Of a DNA stretch of 64,000 nucleotides, positions 1 to 11,357 are shown piece by piece. Under the pieces are notes generated by a model. The model was not told the origin of the DNA. It worked only from the letters and a program-made list of their open reading frames with translations, and searched no databases. Each line of letters starts with the position of its first letter. Position 1 is the stretch's first letter. Location: positions 2,294,001 to 2,358,000 of the forward strand of contig OZ218950.1 in NCBI GenBank assembly GCA_965112735.1. The letters are read 5' to 3'. The position numbers and the translations under genes are program-made. The DNA is from Phaeosaccion multiseriatum. Its lineage: Eukaryota; Protista; Ochrophyta, other classes.

Positions 1-1464
1 CAGCAGCAGCAGTAGGAGTAGGAGTAGTAGTAGCAGCAGGAGCATCAGCGGCGGCAGTGGCGCCATGAGCCCGAAGCAAGGAGGTGCCAGTGTTTGGTGT
101 GAACCCAAGCTGTCGAGCTGGGGGGCGGAGGAGGAGGGTATCGAAGCTCAACTCTGCCGTTTTTCAGGCCTGTGGGGGGACGCCCTGGTGAGCGGCAAAA
201 AGGAAGGAAGGGGTGGAATGGACTTCTGCTTTGCTTTGTTTCGTTATCCCAACAAGGCCGAGGCAACAAGACGATCTGAATCCTCGGCGGGCAGAGGGAC
301 AGTTTTCTTGCACAGCGGGTCTTGAGGCAAAGAGCTCTTTTGTGCAACTTCACAATCAGCGAGGTGAGCAGCAGCGGCGCGGCAGCAGCAGCAGGTGCGG
401 CAGGAGAAGTAGCTGTAGCTATAGCAAGCAGTATAGTATTATGGGAGGGTGCGAAACCCCATTTGCATTTTTTTGTTTTGTTTGGAGGACAGCGTTCTTG
501 GTTGGCGAGCTGCTTTGCGTATGGCGTATCTACCCACTGCTGCTGTGATGCCTTCTTCACCTGATGGGTCGGCAGGGTGAGAGCGCCCCACAGCCGGGGC
601 ATGGGGAGTATACGGTTTTCGTAGCAACAAACGTGTGGCAGGGGCGAGAGAGGACAGAGAGAGAGGACAGGTAGCTGTAGTCTGCTTGTCTTGCTACGAG
701 CCCTTTGCCACAGCCGTACCACCAATGGGAGAGCTTTGGCGTTACGTCTGTGGGACTCTTCTCTCCCGCAGACGACGATGACGATACCCTCATGGTACAG
801 TATACAGCTTTGTCAGCAGAGTGGCCACACCCCGTCGCCTATCCTACCTGTCAGCACGGCAGATACGAAGGTGCTTACAGACTGCGAGGAGAGAGAGAGA
901 GCGGGACATGGAAGGAGCAAAGAAGAAGAAGCAAGAAGAGGGAGAAGAAGCGGGGAAAGTGGGAGCGAATTTGGGTTGCCGTTCGGGGTTGGGGCTGTAA
1001 CGGTCGCGCTCTCTCGGGCGGGAGTGAAGACATGCTACACATGTCGCGTCATGAACAAGACATGCCTGCTGCGCACACTTGTGTTGGGTGTTAATTGAAA
1101 GCAATTAATTTTTAAAAAATAATTATAAAGAAATGAAAAGACGATTTTAACATTGAAAACTGTTTCAATGTTTTTCGTTGATCTCATCTTGAAGGTTTCC
1201 CACTGCTTGTGGCAGGGGCCATCCTATCTGTCTGTCTATCAATCAATCATTGCTGCGGGAGCTCGGGGGAGGAGACCGTGTCCTCGAGCGGCGCTGCCCC
1301 TGGTACCCCCGTCGCTTGCATCACATCCTCCTCCTCCTCCCCCTCCTCCTCCTCCTCCTCCTCCTCCTCCTCCTCCTCCTCCCCCTCCTCCCGCTCCTCT
1401 TCCTTCACGCCACTACATGGACTCGTCGCATCCCCGCCCTCACGTGCTGGCTGCTGTATCACCA
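1..1464. repeat. Copy A of a direct duplication (matches 4426-5889); runs off the left window edge
   Basis: Sequence and six-frame ORFs recur at +4425 (e.g. 45..725 vs 4470..5150). Identity ends after GCTGTATCACCA. Contains the last codons and stop of the fibrillin gene plus the 3' end of the kinase CDS. Confidence 0.95.
1247..1464 (-). pseudogene. Orphan duplicated 3' end of the CaMK-like kinase CDS
   Basis: Encodes VIQQPAREGG...PELPQQ*, identical to the C-terminus of the kinase at 5672-5889, but is cut off from the rest of the gene at the junction. Confidence 0.85.
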
Positions 1465-1900
1465 GCAGATTACGGTGTGCGCCGGCCGTAATCAGTAATC
1501 AGCCCCCGGCCGGCGCATAATCAGTAATCAGGCCGGCTGGTCACCGGCTGTAGGCAACCAGACCGGCTGGCGCCGGTCATAATCAGTAATCAGGCCGGCT
1601 GCACCGGCCGTAATCAGAATAAGATAATCTTGTCCAGGGTCGACTCCCTCCCTCCCTCCCTCCCTCCCTCCCTCCCTCCCTCCCTCCCTCCCTCCCTCCC
1701 TCCCTCCCTCCCTCCGATCCTGGACAAGATTGCGGTGTGCCCCGGCCGTAATCAGTAATCAGCCCCCGGCTGGCGCATTATCAGTAATCAGGCCGGCTGC
1801 GCCGGCCGTAATTACTAATCAGATAGGTCGAGGCCTAGGCCTAGAACCGCCGGCCTAGGGAGAAAAAATGGCCGGCCTAGAGCATAGGCTTCTAGGCCAG
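1465..1900. repeat. Transposon-end-like block of short direct and inverted repeats
   Basis: Repeated TAATCAGTAATCAG(G/C)CCGGC units. ~74-bp direct repeat (1467-1540 vs 1727-1800). 17-bp inverted repeat with 1 mismatch (1626-1642/1715-1731) around a (CCCT)n tract. Clustered GGCCTAG motifs at 1830-1900. Confidence 0.7.
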
Positions 1901-1945
1901 TCTGGAGCCGACACGCACCACGTGCTGCCGGCATCCGGCATGTAA

Positions 1946-2340
1946 GGGTATCGTCTGCAGTATCTCCCGCGCCGTCCTCGAAGTCGAACTCCTCAATGCC
2001 CAACACATCCCAGCCATGGTCCTCGTCCCCCGCACTATCTTCACAGTCAAGGTCGGCAGCAGCCGCGGTGTCCAGCAACTTCATCCGCAAGCAATTCCCT
2101 GTCCGCGACGCCTGCGTCCTCACCACTAATACCGCCCAAGGACGGATGCTCTCCCGCATTGGCAGTGACCTACGAGGCGACGTCTTCTCCAACGGACAGC
2201 TCTACGTCGCCCTCTCCCAAGCCAAAGGCCACCACGACCACGTCGTCGTCCTCGTCCAGCTCTCGCGCCTCTTGGACGGCGTCGCCCACACTGTCAACAT
2301 TACATACCCTGCCTTTATTAAAGCTGCTTCATCCTCATAG
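1946..2340 (+). mobile_element. Decayed Helitron (PIF1-family) helicase C-terminal fragment
   Basis: Reads ISRAVLEVELL...VLVPRTIF, then a frameshift near 2073, then FIRKQFPVRDACVLTTNTAQGRMLSRIGSDLRGDVFSNGQLYVALSQ. This matches the Helitron/PIF1 consensus RRQFPVRLAFAMTINKSQGQTL..VGIDL...VFSHGQLYVALSR with degenerate conserved residues. Confidence 0.85.
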
Positions 2341-2785
2341 AACTGTCCCTCCTGCCCCTGCTCTCTCATCCCCTCACATCCTGCACTCGCCATTTGTGAC
2401 TGCCTCCTACTTTAATTCTCCTTCGCTCCTCGCCTCCCCCTTTCACCCTCCTCTCCTCCACTCTCCCTTCTTCTCCCACTTCTTGCCAACCCCACCCCTC
2501 TTCCCTCCTCCTCCTTCCCCCTTGCGGAGTCTCAGTATCTCAGAGATGCTTGGCATGTTGGAATCCGGATTGTCGTTGTCGTTGGGAACCTAGAAGCTGC
2601 ATGAACGGTCAGTCGCAGGAGGAGGATAGATAAGAGAGAGAAAGATAAGAAAAGCTAATGTACACACACTCTACAAGTTGTTCATCCGAGGGAGGGAGGG
2701 AGGGAGGGAGGGAGGGAGGGGAGAAGGGAGAACGGGAATTTTTCAATGACATAATACGATGTCATATCCATTTCCACATTCCATC

Positions 2786-3929
2786 ATGGTTGGGTTAAGG
2801 TCGCTCATCGGCGTGCTGATCGTTGCCAATGCGTTGGGCCTCGCCAGTGGCTTCATGTCTTCCGAGTTTGCCCTGCAGCTGCGGAAAATGCATGCCAAAC
2901 GGAGCGCATTGACGAGGGTAGCGGCGACGAAAAAGCAAGAGCTTCTGACGCTGGTATCGAGCACCAAGGCTGGGAAGAACGAAGCCCAAGCCGCTGCCGC
3001 GGCCGTGGACAGCATCGTAGCAGATCTGGAGAAGCAGAATAAAGGGTACGTAATGATGAAGAAGGAGAAGAGGTTGCTGCAAAGCCTTAAGTAAGAGCGT
3101 GTGTTGCCTTCTCTCCTTGTACGATACCAGGTATAACGAAGCGTTGGTTGAGGGAGAGTGGCTGCTCGTGTTTACGAGAAACGCAAAGAAAGGGCCGGCT
3201 TTGCAAAAGGCTCTGTCCTACAACAAGGGCTACAGCAATTTCGACTGCAAGAAACAAACGTTTACCAACATCGTCAACATCTTAAAAGGGAAGGTTAGGG
3301 TCGTCGCGGATGGTGAGTTGCGCCCTCTCATTCGCTGCTGTGGACTAATTGACTTGACACTTCAGTCAGTCTTCGGTGCCTTGCGTCTTTTGCTTTCTCT
3401 CTTGCCTTCGAAAAGAGGTATGCGTCACTCCCCCCCCTCACGCCGCACTGCATGCCCCACCGCTTGTGCATTCGGTGCTGCCATCAGTGTCATACGAAAA
3501 GCCGGAGGGTACATCCACCCCTAACCGGCTCCCCTCCACTATCGCCTGGGCAGGCATCAAGGCAGGGCCACTGACCATTCCTCTGCCGTTCTTCAAGGGC
3601 AGGCAAGGTAAGCGCTGCTGTTGGTGTTCTGTTGCTGCTGCCTTCGTTCGGTGTGGAAGGGATGAACAGTCGTCTTTCTTCGTCCTTCTCACGGCCTTCG
3701 TGAGCATGTTTACTGGCCTGCGGAATCCCGAGGGGGTGAGGGGGGGTAATTGAACCCACTCGGCCTTCGCCTTCGATGAGTTTGCATGTACCGATTTTCT
3801 GTTGAAGACAGAAACGCTTGGTTGCCCTGTCTACTCCCCGTTCGGCTAAGACTCTTTTCCTGGGCCCAGCTTGGTCCTTCCTCTCGTCACGAATCTGCTC
3901 CCTCGAGGTGCCGCTTCCACGCGCCCTCT

Positions 3930-3976
<47 letters not shown>

Positions 3977-4440
3977 CACCTCATGCCTACGTCCGCGTCT
4001 ACCTGTGTCCTTCTCATGTTAATTCAAGGGTGGCTGGAGTTCACCTACCTGGACAAGGATCTCCGGATAACGGCAGGGGACAGGGGAGGTGAGTGAGTGA
4101 GTGAGTGAGTGAGTCAAGGGGGGGGGCTCGTCGGAGGAGCAGGGCTACAAGGGGTGGGGGGGGGGGGGGTTGGACGGTGGGTGGGGCATGATACGGTGTG
4201 GCGCCAGTCAGTCTCTCCGTCTTTGTTTGAAGTGCACTCCACCTGCGCTACTTCCTCACAAACACTCAAAAACACTCTCAACTTCTCTACTCCTGCTTTC
4301 CTTTCCCTGTGCCTCTGCCATCGCTGCCCGTGTGCTGACACACATACACACACTCATTGACTTCAGGGCTGTTTGTGCACGTTCGGGAGGAGAGCCTACT
4401 TAAGCTTGTCCCAGAGCAGCAGCAGCAGCAGCAGCAGTAG
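2786..4440 (+). CDS. Plastid lipid-associated protein (PAP/fibrillin family), 5 exons
   Basis: Exons ~2786-3045, 3131-3312, 3488-3607, 4029-4088, 4367-4440 splice in frame. Signal peptide plus ASGF motif, then LVEGEWLLVFT and the family hallmark GWLEFTYLDKDLRITAGDRGGLFV. Confidence 0.85.
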
Positions 4441-5889
4441 GAGTAGGAGTAGTAGTAGCAGCAGGAGCATCAGCGGCGGCAGTGGCGCCATGAGCCCGAA
4501 GCAAGGAGGTGCCAGTGTTTGGTGTGAACCCAAGCTGTCGAGCTGGGGGGCGGAGGAGGAGGGTATCGAAGCTCAACTCTGCCGTTTTTCAGGCCTGTGG
4601 GGGGACGCCCTGGTGAGCGGCAAAAAGGAAGGAAGGGGTGGAATGGACTTCTGCTTTGCTTTGTTTCGTTATCCCAACAAGGCCGAGGCAACAAGACGAT
4701 CTGAATCCTCGGCGGGCAGAGGGACAGTTTTCTTGCACAGCGGGTCTTGAGGCAAAGAGCTCTTTTGTGCAACTTCACAATCAGCGAGGTGAGCAGCAGC
4801 GGCGCGGCAGCAGCAGCAGGTGCGGCAGGAGAAGTAGCTGTAGCTATAGCAAGCAGTATAGTATTATGGGAGGGTGCGAAACCCCATTTGCATTTTTTTG
4901 TTTTGTTTGGAGGACAGCGTTCTTGGTTGGCGAGCTGCTTTGCGTATGGCGTATCTACCCACTGCTGCTGTGATGCCTTCTTCACCTGATGGGTCGGCAG
5001 GGTGAGAGCGCCCCACAGCCGGGGCATGGGGAGTATACGGTTTTCGTAGCAACAAACGTGTGGCAGGGGCGAGAGAGGACAGAGAGAGAGGACAGGTAGC
5101 TGTAGTCTGCTTGTCTTGCTACGAGCCCTTTGCCACAGCCGTACCACCAATGGGAGAGCTTTGGCGTTACGTCTGTGGGACTCTTCTCTCCCGCAGACGA
5201 CGATGACGATACCCTCATGGTACAGTATACAGCTTTGTCAGCAGAGTGGCCACACCCCGTCGCCTATCCTACCTGTCAGCACGGCAGATACGAAGGTGCT
5301 TACAGACTGCGAGGAGAGAGAGAGAGCGGGACATGGAAGGAGCAAAGAAGAAGAAGCAAGAAGAGGGAGAAGAAGCGGGGAAAGTGGGAGCGAATTTGGG
5401 TTGCCGTTCGGGGTTGGGGCTGTAACGGTCGCGCTCTCTCGGGCGGGAGTGAAGACATGCTACACATGTCGCGTCATGAACAAGACATGCCTGCTGCGCA
5501 CACTTGTGTTGGGTGTTAATTGAAAGCAATTAATTTTTAAAAAATAATTATAAAGAAATGAAAAGACGATTTTAACATTGAAAACTGTTTCAATGTTTTT
5601 CGTTGATCTCATCTTGAAGGTTTCCCACTGCTTGTGGCAGGGGCCATCCTATCTGTCTGTCTATCAATCAATCATTGCTGCGGGAGCTCGGGGGAGGAGA
5701 CCGTGTCCTCGAGCGGCGCTGCCCCTGGTACCCCCGTCGCTTGCATCACATCCTCCTCCTCCTCCCCCTCCTCCTCCTCCTCCTCCTCCTCCTCCTCCTC
5801 CTCCTCCCCCTCCTCCCGCTCCTCTTCCTTCACGCCACTACATGGACTCGTCGCATCCCCGCCCTCACGTGCTGGCTGCTGTATCACCA
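4426..5889. repeat. Copy B of the direct duplication (matches 1-1464)
   Basis: Identical to 1-1464 on visual comparison. This copy continues into the intact kinase gene. Confidence 0.95.
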
Positions 5890-8800
5890 ACTGCTGCTGC
5901 ACTGGCGTCGGGGGCTGCGTACCACGCGCGTCGTTGTTGCCTGCACCTTCAACCGCCCCGCCCTTCTGATGGTCGTTGCTATCTGACCACCCTGGCCGCA
6001 CTGTCTGCGTCCTCTGCATCGGTGAGGGTGCCGCCCCATCCCCCTGGTCTTCTGCCGAGTCGTCCTCTTGGACACGGGTGGGCAGCACGAGATCGTCCTC
6101 GTCCTCGGCGGCCCTGTCGTAAGCAAAGGCCATGTACTTCACCGCCATACGCGTCCTGACACCCACTCCCAGCACCCGCTTGGAGCGTAAGAGCAAGTTG
6201 CTCTGCGCACCAGCGTCGTCGTCACCACCGACCCCGCCTCCCCCACCCCCAATCCCACCCCCACCACCACCACCACCACCACCCCCATCCCCTTCCTTCC
6301 CACCACCATCACCACTTGGTCTGCTGGCCATGTTCCCCAGCTGCACCGCTCGTATTGAACTAACAAACTTTCGCTTCGCGTTGAACACCTTCATCTCCTT
6401 CAAATCAAGCTCGTTCTTGGTCAGCAGGTCCAGCGACATCCAAGGATGACTCAACACGCTCTCCGCCGATAACCTTTTCTGGGGGTTCTTCTCTAACAGC
6501 GCGGAGAGCACTTGAATGGCCTCCGCGGACAAGTCCTGAAACCTCTTGCCCGTCAGACTGACCCGCCCACTCTTGATCTTTCGGTACATACGAGACTGAT
6601 TCTTGTCCTGGAACGGGTGGGTGCCTGTGAGGAGTACGTACAAGATGACTGCGTGGGGGGGAGGAGGCGGGCGGATGGAGTGGGAGGGGGGGGGGGGCGG
6701 CATAGGGTACAGAGAGTTGAAGGAAGGAGAGGAAAGGGTGAGTGAGGGAGTGAGTGAGTGAGTGAGTGAGTGAGTAAGTGAGTGGGTGAGTGAGTGAGTG
6801 AGCGAGTGAGTTAGCGAGTGAGTGAGTGAGTGAGTGAGTGAGTGAGTGAGAGAGTGAGTGAGTGAGTGAGTGAGTGAGTGAGTGAGTGAGTGAGTGAGTG
6901 AGTGAGTGGGTGAGTGAGTGAGAGAGTGAGTGAGTGAGGGAGTAAGTGAGTGGGTGAGTGAGTGAGTGGGTGAGTGAGTGAGTGAGTGAGTGAGTGGGTG
7001 AGTGAGTGAGTGAGTGAGTGAGTGAGTGAGTGAGTGAGTGAGTGAGTGAGTGAGTGAGTGAGTGAGTGAGTGAGTGAGTGGGTGAGTGAGTGAGTGAGTG
7101 AGTGAGTGAGTGAGTGAGTGAGTGAGTGAGTGAGTGAGTGAGTGAGTGAGTGGGTGAGTGAGTGAATGAGTGAGCGAGCGAGCGACTGAGTGAAGAAGTA
7201 AATGAGAGTGGTCGAGCAAGCGACAGAGTGACCATTTGAGAAGGGCGTAACGCAAAGCACTCTCCTTCCTTCCTCCACACGACTTGGAGGGCCGTGCAAA
7301 TCCTGTCAGCTCTCAGTTTCAGTTCTCAGGGTGGGAGCGACCTAAAATCGACCCCCTCTATTAAACTCTTCTGAAAACTGAAAACTGAAAACTGAATCAT
7401 CGACCCCCCTCTCACCTCCCGCGCTCCACATGTCAACGGGTCGCCCCCACTCCGCAAAGCCGATCTGCTCTGGAGCCATGTAGTTCGGTGTGCCAGAGGA
7501 GTCATCGGCTGGATTGTTGTCGTCCTCCACTTGGCTCGCACACCCAAAGTCGCAAATCTTGACAATACTCCCCACCTCCTTGCTCACACAGAGCTGTGGA
7601 AGGCGTGGGGTGTGGGAGTGATGCGTGTGAGAAACGGGTGTCGCCGGAAAGGGGTGGAGGGGTGAGGGTGCGGAGGAAAAGAGGGGGGGCGGGGGAGGAT
7701 GTAAGGGCAGAAGTTTGAAGTTTTAGTTTTTGTTCCGCATGCCCGGATGGTATGAGTTTTATAGGATTACACTCATCCGTCCGTGTGTACTGAACGAATC
7801 AGGAGACCCACTCACTCCCACTCACCAAGTTCTCCGGTTTGAGGTCTCTGAGAGAGACAGAGGACACCGACGGAGAGAGAAGAGAGGGACAAGGGAAGGA
7901 GGAGGAGGAGGAGGAGGAAGGGGAGGAGGGAGGGGGGAGGAGGAGGAAGGGGGGGAGGAGGAGGAGGAGGAGGAGGAGGAGGAGAAGGAGAAGGAGAAGG
8001 GGGAGGAGGAGGAGGAGGAGGAGGAGGAGGAGGAGGAGGAGGAGGAGGAGGAGGAGGAGGAGGAGGAGGAGGAGGAGGAGGAGGAGGAGGAGGAGGAGGA
8101 GGAGGAGGAGGAGGAGGAGGAGGAGGAGGAGGAGGAGGAGGAGGAGGAGGAGGAGGAGGAGGAGGAGGAGGAGGAGGAGGAGGAGGAGGAGGAGGAGGAG
8201 GAGGAGGAGGAGGAGGAGGAGGAGGAGGAGGAGGAGGAGGAGGAGGAGGAGGAGGAGGAGGAGGAGGAGGAGGAGGAGGAGGAGGAGGAGGAGGAGGAGG
8301 AGGAGGAGGAGGAGGAGGAGGAGGAGGAGGAGGAGGAGGAGGAGGAGGAGTGTGACAAGGCAACACACACGACGAGACGACATTAGCTGGAGCGGCAGGC
8401 GGCTGATGAGGGAGGGGGTGGGAGGCACCACACAAATGATCAGGTCTATGTGGTGACTGTGGAAGGCTACGAGTGCGCTGCCTATCCACTCTTCCCCCAT
8501 AAGTCAATACATTCTTCTCGTCTCACCTATGTACAACCATGTTGCTGTGCATGTAGGCCACGCCCTCCAGAAACGACGCGAAGGCGTTCCGCGCATCCTC
8601 TTCCGTATACTTTGACCGCGCCACCACCTTAGCGATGCAGACACATTAGAGATTCCGCAGACAGGGCATTGTGATGGAAGAAGGGGGGTGGGCATATGGG
8701 CATATAGGCATATGGGCATATAGGGTCCGGGGGAGGGTCAGGGATGGGCAATGATTGAATGGGGCGGGGGGGCGGTGGGGGGGATGAAGGGCCAGAGGAA

Positions 8801-9542
8801 GTGGCAAGGGTTTTTGGACAGCCCCTGTCGAGGGGGAGGGCAGGCAGCTGCTGAGATGGACAGCGGGGGGGGGGTTGTTGGGGTTGATTCTTTCTTTCGC
8901 ATGAGAAAGAGGAGAGAAAGGTGAGTGTGTTGCTCATTGTATGAATGGGGGGACAAGTGTGGCGAGGGGAGCAGGAACAAGAGGGGAGCCGAGGGAAGGC
9001 TCGGAGAAGGGCAACATGAGGTGCAGAGCGGAGGATGGGTAGACGGCGAGCTACGATCACCGAAAGCTACGATCACCGAAAGGTGGTAAAGCACTCCCCC
9101 CACCCAAACAGAGCAACTCTGACTGTGTTCACGCTGTACTTACATTGTCAAAGAGATCACCCCCCTCTAAGAACTCCATTACCACTTGGAGGAACTTCGG
9201 TGAGTCAAACAAGCCGTACACGTCGATGATTTTGCTGTGGCTCATGATCTTGAGCAGGCTGACTTCATTCAGTATGGCCGCAACCTCTCGCTCCCCTCCT
9301 TGCCGGTGGCTCACCACCTTGATTGCTACACACTTGCCCGATGACCGATGAGTGGCCCTGTGTACAACTCCATACGCACCCCTCCCTAGCATCTGGCCTA
9401 ACTCGTAGTGGAACCCCATGCTCTGCCCCGGCCATGCCCTCTTCTCCGTCTGATTGAAAAAGTGCCCTTGCCTGGGCTCTGTACTATGTGTGAACATCTT
9501 GACTGGCAGGGTCTGGTGAATCGTTGATGAGGCTGAACCCAT
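5672..9542 (-). CDS. Ca2+/calmodulin-dependent-type Ser/Thr protein kinase, 5 exons
   Basis: Exons 9542-9144, 8627-8527, 7847-7826, 7593-7416, 6648-5672 join in frame. Motifs GRGAYGVV, VAIK, HRDLKPENL, ICDFG, GTPNYMAPE, DMWSAGVILY. CaMK-like regulatory segment FNAKRKFVSSIRAV. N-terminal MGSASS is a possible myristoylation site. Confidence 0.9.
6738..7190. repeat. (GAGT)n microsatellite in kinase intron
   Basis: Directly visible; explains the spurious THSL ORFs. Confidence 0.95.
7898..8350. repeat. (GAG)n microsatellite in kinase intron
   Basis: Directly visible; explains the poly-E/P/S/L/R ORFs. Confidence 0.95.
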
Positions 9543-10562
9543 CTTTGACCAAGGCTTGAGTCAGCACTGCTGCTCCTCTTCTTTTACCCTTCTCCTTCTT
9601 CTCCCCCGTCCCTTTTCGTGCCACTCTGTTGCTGGTGCTGCTTCACTTCTTTTACCCCTCCCTGATGGCCCAATGGCACACCCACAAATTGAAACTCGGG
9701 AACAGATACTCTGCGCAGCCGCAGGGCACGGGTTCGGCTCACCCGTGGCCCCAGTCGCTTCAGCGTTGTCGTTCGCTTGGTCGTCTTCTTCCACTTTTTT
9801 GCTCAGGAGGCTTACACTACAACCTCTGCCGCCAGCAGATAGCAGAACGGAAAGGCCGCCGAAGTCCTCTCTGTCGGTGCTCCTAACAAAGGGCTCCATC
9901 CCTGCTCCATACTATTCCCTCTCCCCCGCCGCCTCCTGCAATTTCGCCCCTTTGCGGGCCAAACTTTTGTTGGGGACGGTGTCCTTCCAAATCTCTCTTT
10001 CTACTCAAAGTCTCTGACTAGGCCTATTCGTACTCGTACTCGCGTACCACTACTTCATCAGTGGATGCATGCACTGAAGCACTCCTCCTTCAATTGGTCA
10101 ACTCCTTTAAGGACGTCGGTAGCCAGCCTTTTTCGGGGTCCCAACAAGCGTTTCATGTTACCTCACAGGGGCGCTGGAGCACCACACGACGAACCAAAAA
10201 ATGGAACACACAGCGCAAAGTTAAAGTTAAAACCAGCTAAAAGAAGAATTAGAATGATGATTTTCCTTTTTTTAATTCTTAGCGTGCTCTACAACCGCTC
10301 AACGTCAGAGCTCTGAGGGGGCGGCCCCTTCCCTCGACGGACCAATGTATCATTTGACGGCTGCGCTCTTTCCCAACACGCCGCCGCTCTGTCACCTCGT
10401 GTGGCGAGGTGGTGATGCGGGTATCGAGCTCCTCTTCGATCCTCTACCTCTCCTATCGGATCCTATCGCGGCTTTTGGACTGACCCAATCAGTACAGAAC
10501 GACCGTCCTCTGCCTCTTTTGCGAACCATACGCCCTGCCCTGTCTTTATGGGGAGAGAGAGG

Positions 10563-10599
<37 letters not shown>

Positions 10600-11170
10600 G
10601 GGGGGCGAGGGGGAGGGTTCTCCCATGTCTCACAAAAACAGGTGCTAGAGATGCGTGCGGAGCCCCTCCACCCCACGCACTCCCTCTCCACTCCACTCTC
10701 CACCAGGCCGTTACATGCCGTTACGCTCTTTGCATCAATCCCAGGCCTTTCTCTGGTCCCCTGGCCCTCCATGGCCCCACGGAATGAAGCCCGTCGCACC
10801 AAGAGCCGACCACCCGCTTCGCACTGGAATCCAGCCCACCGGTCACAGCAGAGAAGACGAGACTCTGACCAGGAGAGAGGTGTGATACACCACTCACCCA
10901 TCGACATCAAACTGTACCAAAACGTGAACTACTACTGCTGCCGCTTGCCCACTGCTGCCGTCGCCTGCTGGTGCTGCTGCTGCTGCTGCTGCTCCTCCTC
11001 CTCCTCCTGCTGCTGCTGCTGCTACTGTTGTTGCTGCTGCTGCTGCTGCTGTACCACCAACTGTTCTGCTGCTGCTGAAAGGGGAAGATGGAAGATGGGG
11101 TGTGCCTATGTGCGGTTGCAGCTGCTTTGATCGCTTTGTACTGCACTGCATTCTCTCATGAATGAGGTGA

Positions 11171-11357
11171 GGTACAGCAGGCACGGTAGCTCCAATCCTA
11201 CGGTACAGCAGGCACGGTAGCTCCAATCCTACGGTACAGCAGGCACGGTAGCTCCAATCCTACGGTACAGCAGGCACGGTAGCTCCAATCCTACGGTACA
11301 GCAGGCACGGTAGCTCCAACCCTACGGTACAGCAGGCACGGTAGCTCCAATCCTACG
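11171..11357. repeat. 31-bp tandem minisatellite, about 6 copies
   Basis: Unit CGGTACAGCAGGCACGGTAGCTCCAATCCTA repeated head-to-tail with no spacers. Confidence 0.95.

Noticed and set aside
45-1104. Several overlapping ORFs in the duplicated segment (also 4470-5529)
   Set aside because: No recognisable motifs. The region is likely 3' UTR or intergenic DNA between convergent genes.
7730-8507. Long poly-E/L/P/S/R ORFs
   Set aside because: Translations of an intronic (GAG)n microsatellite.
10345-11146. Possible small spliced gene on the minus strand
   Set aside because: Some splice-like sites exist, but no convincing frame-consistent product or homology could be recognised.
11171-11357. Possible CRISPR array
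   Set aside because: Units are contiguous with no unique spacers, there are no cas genes, and the context is eukaryotic.
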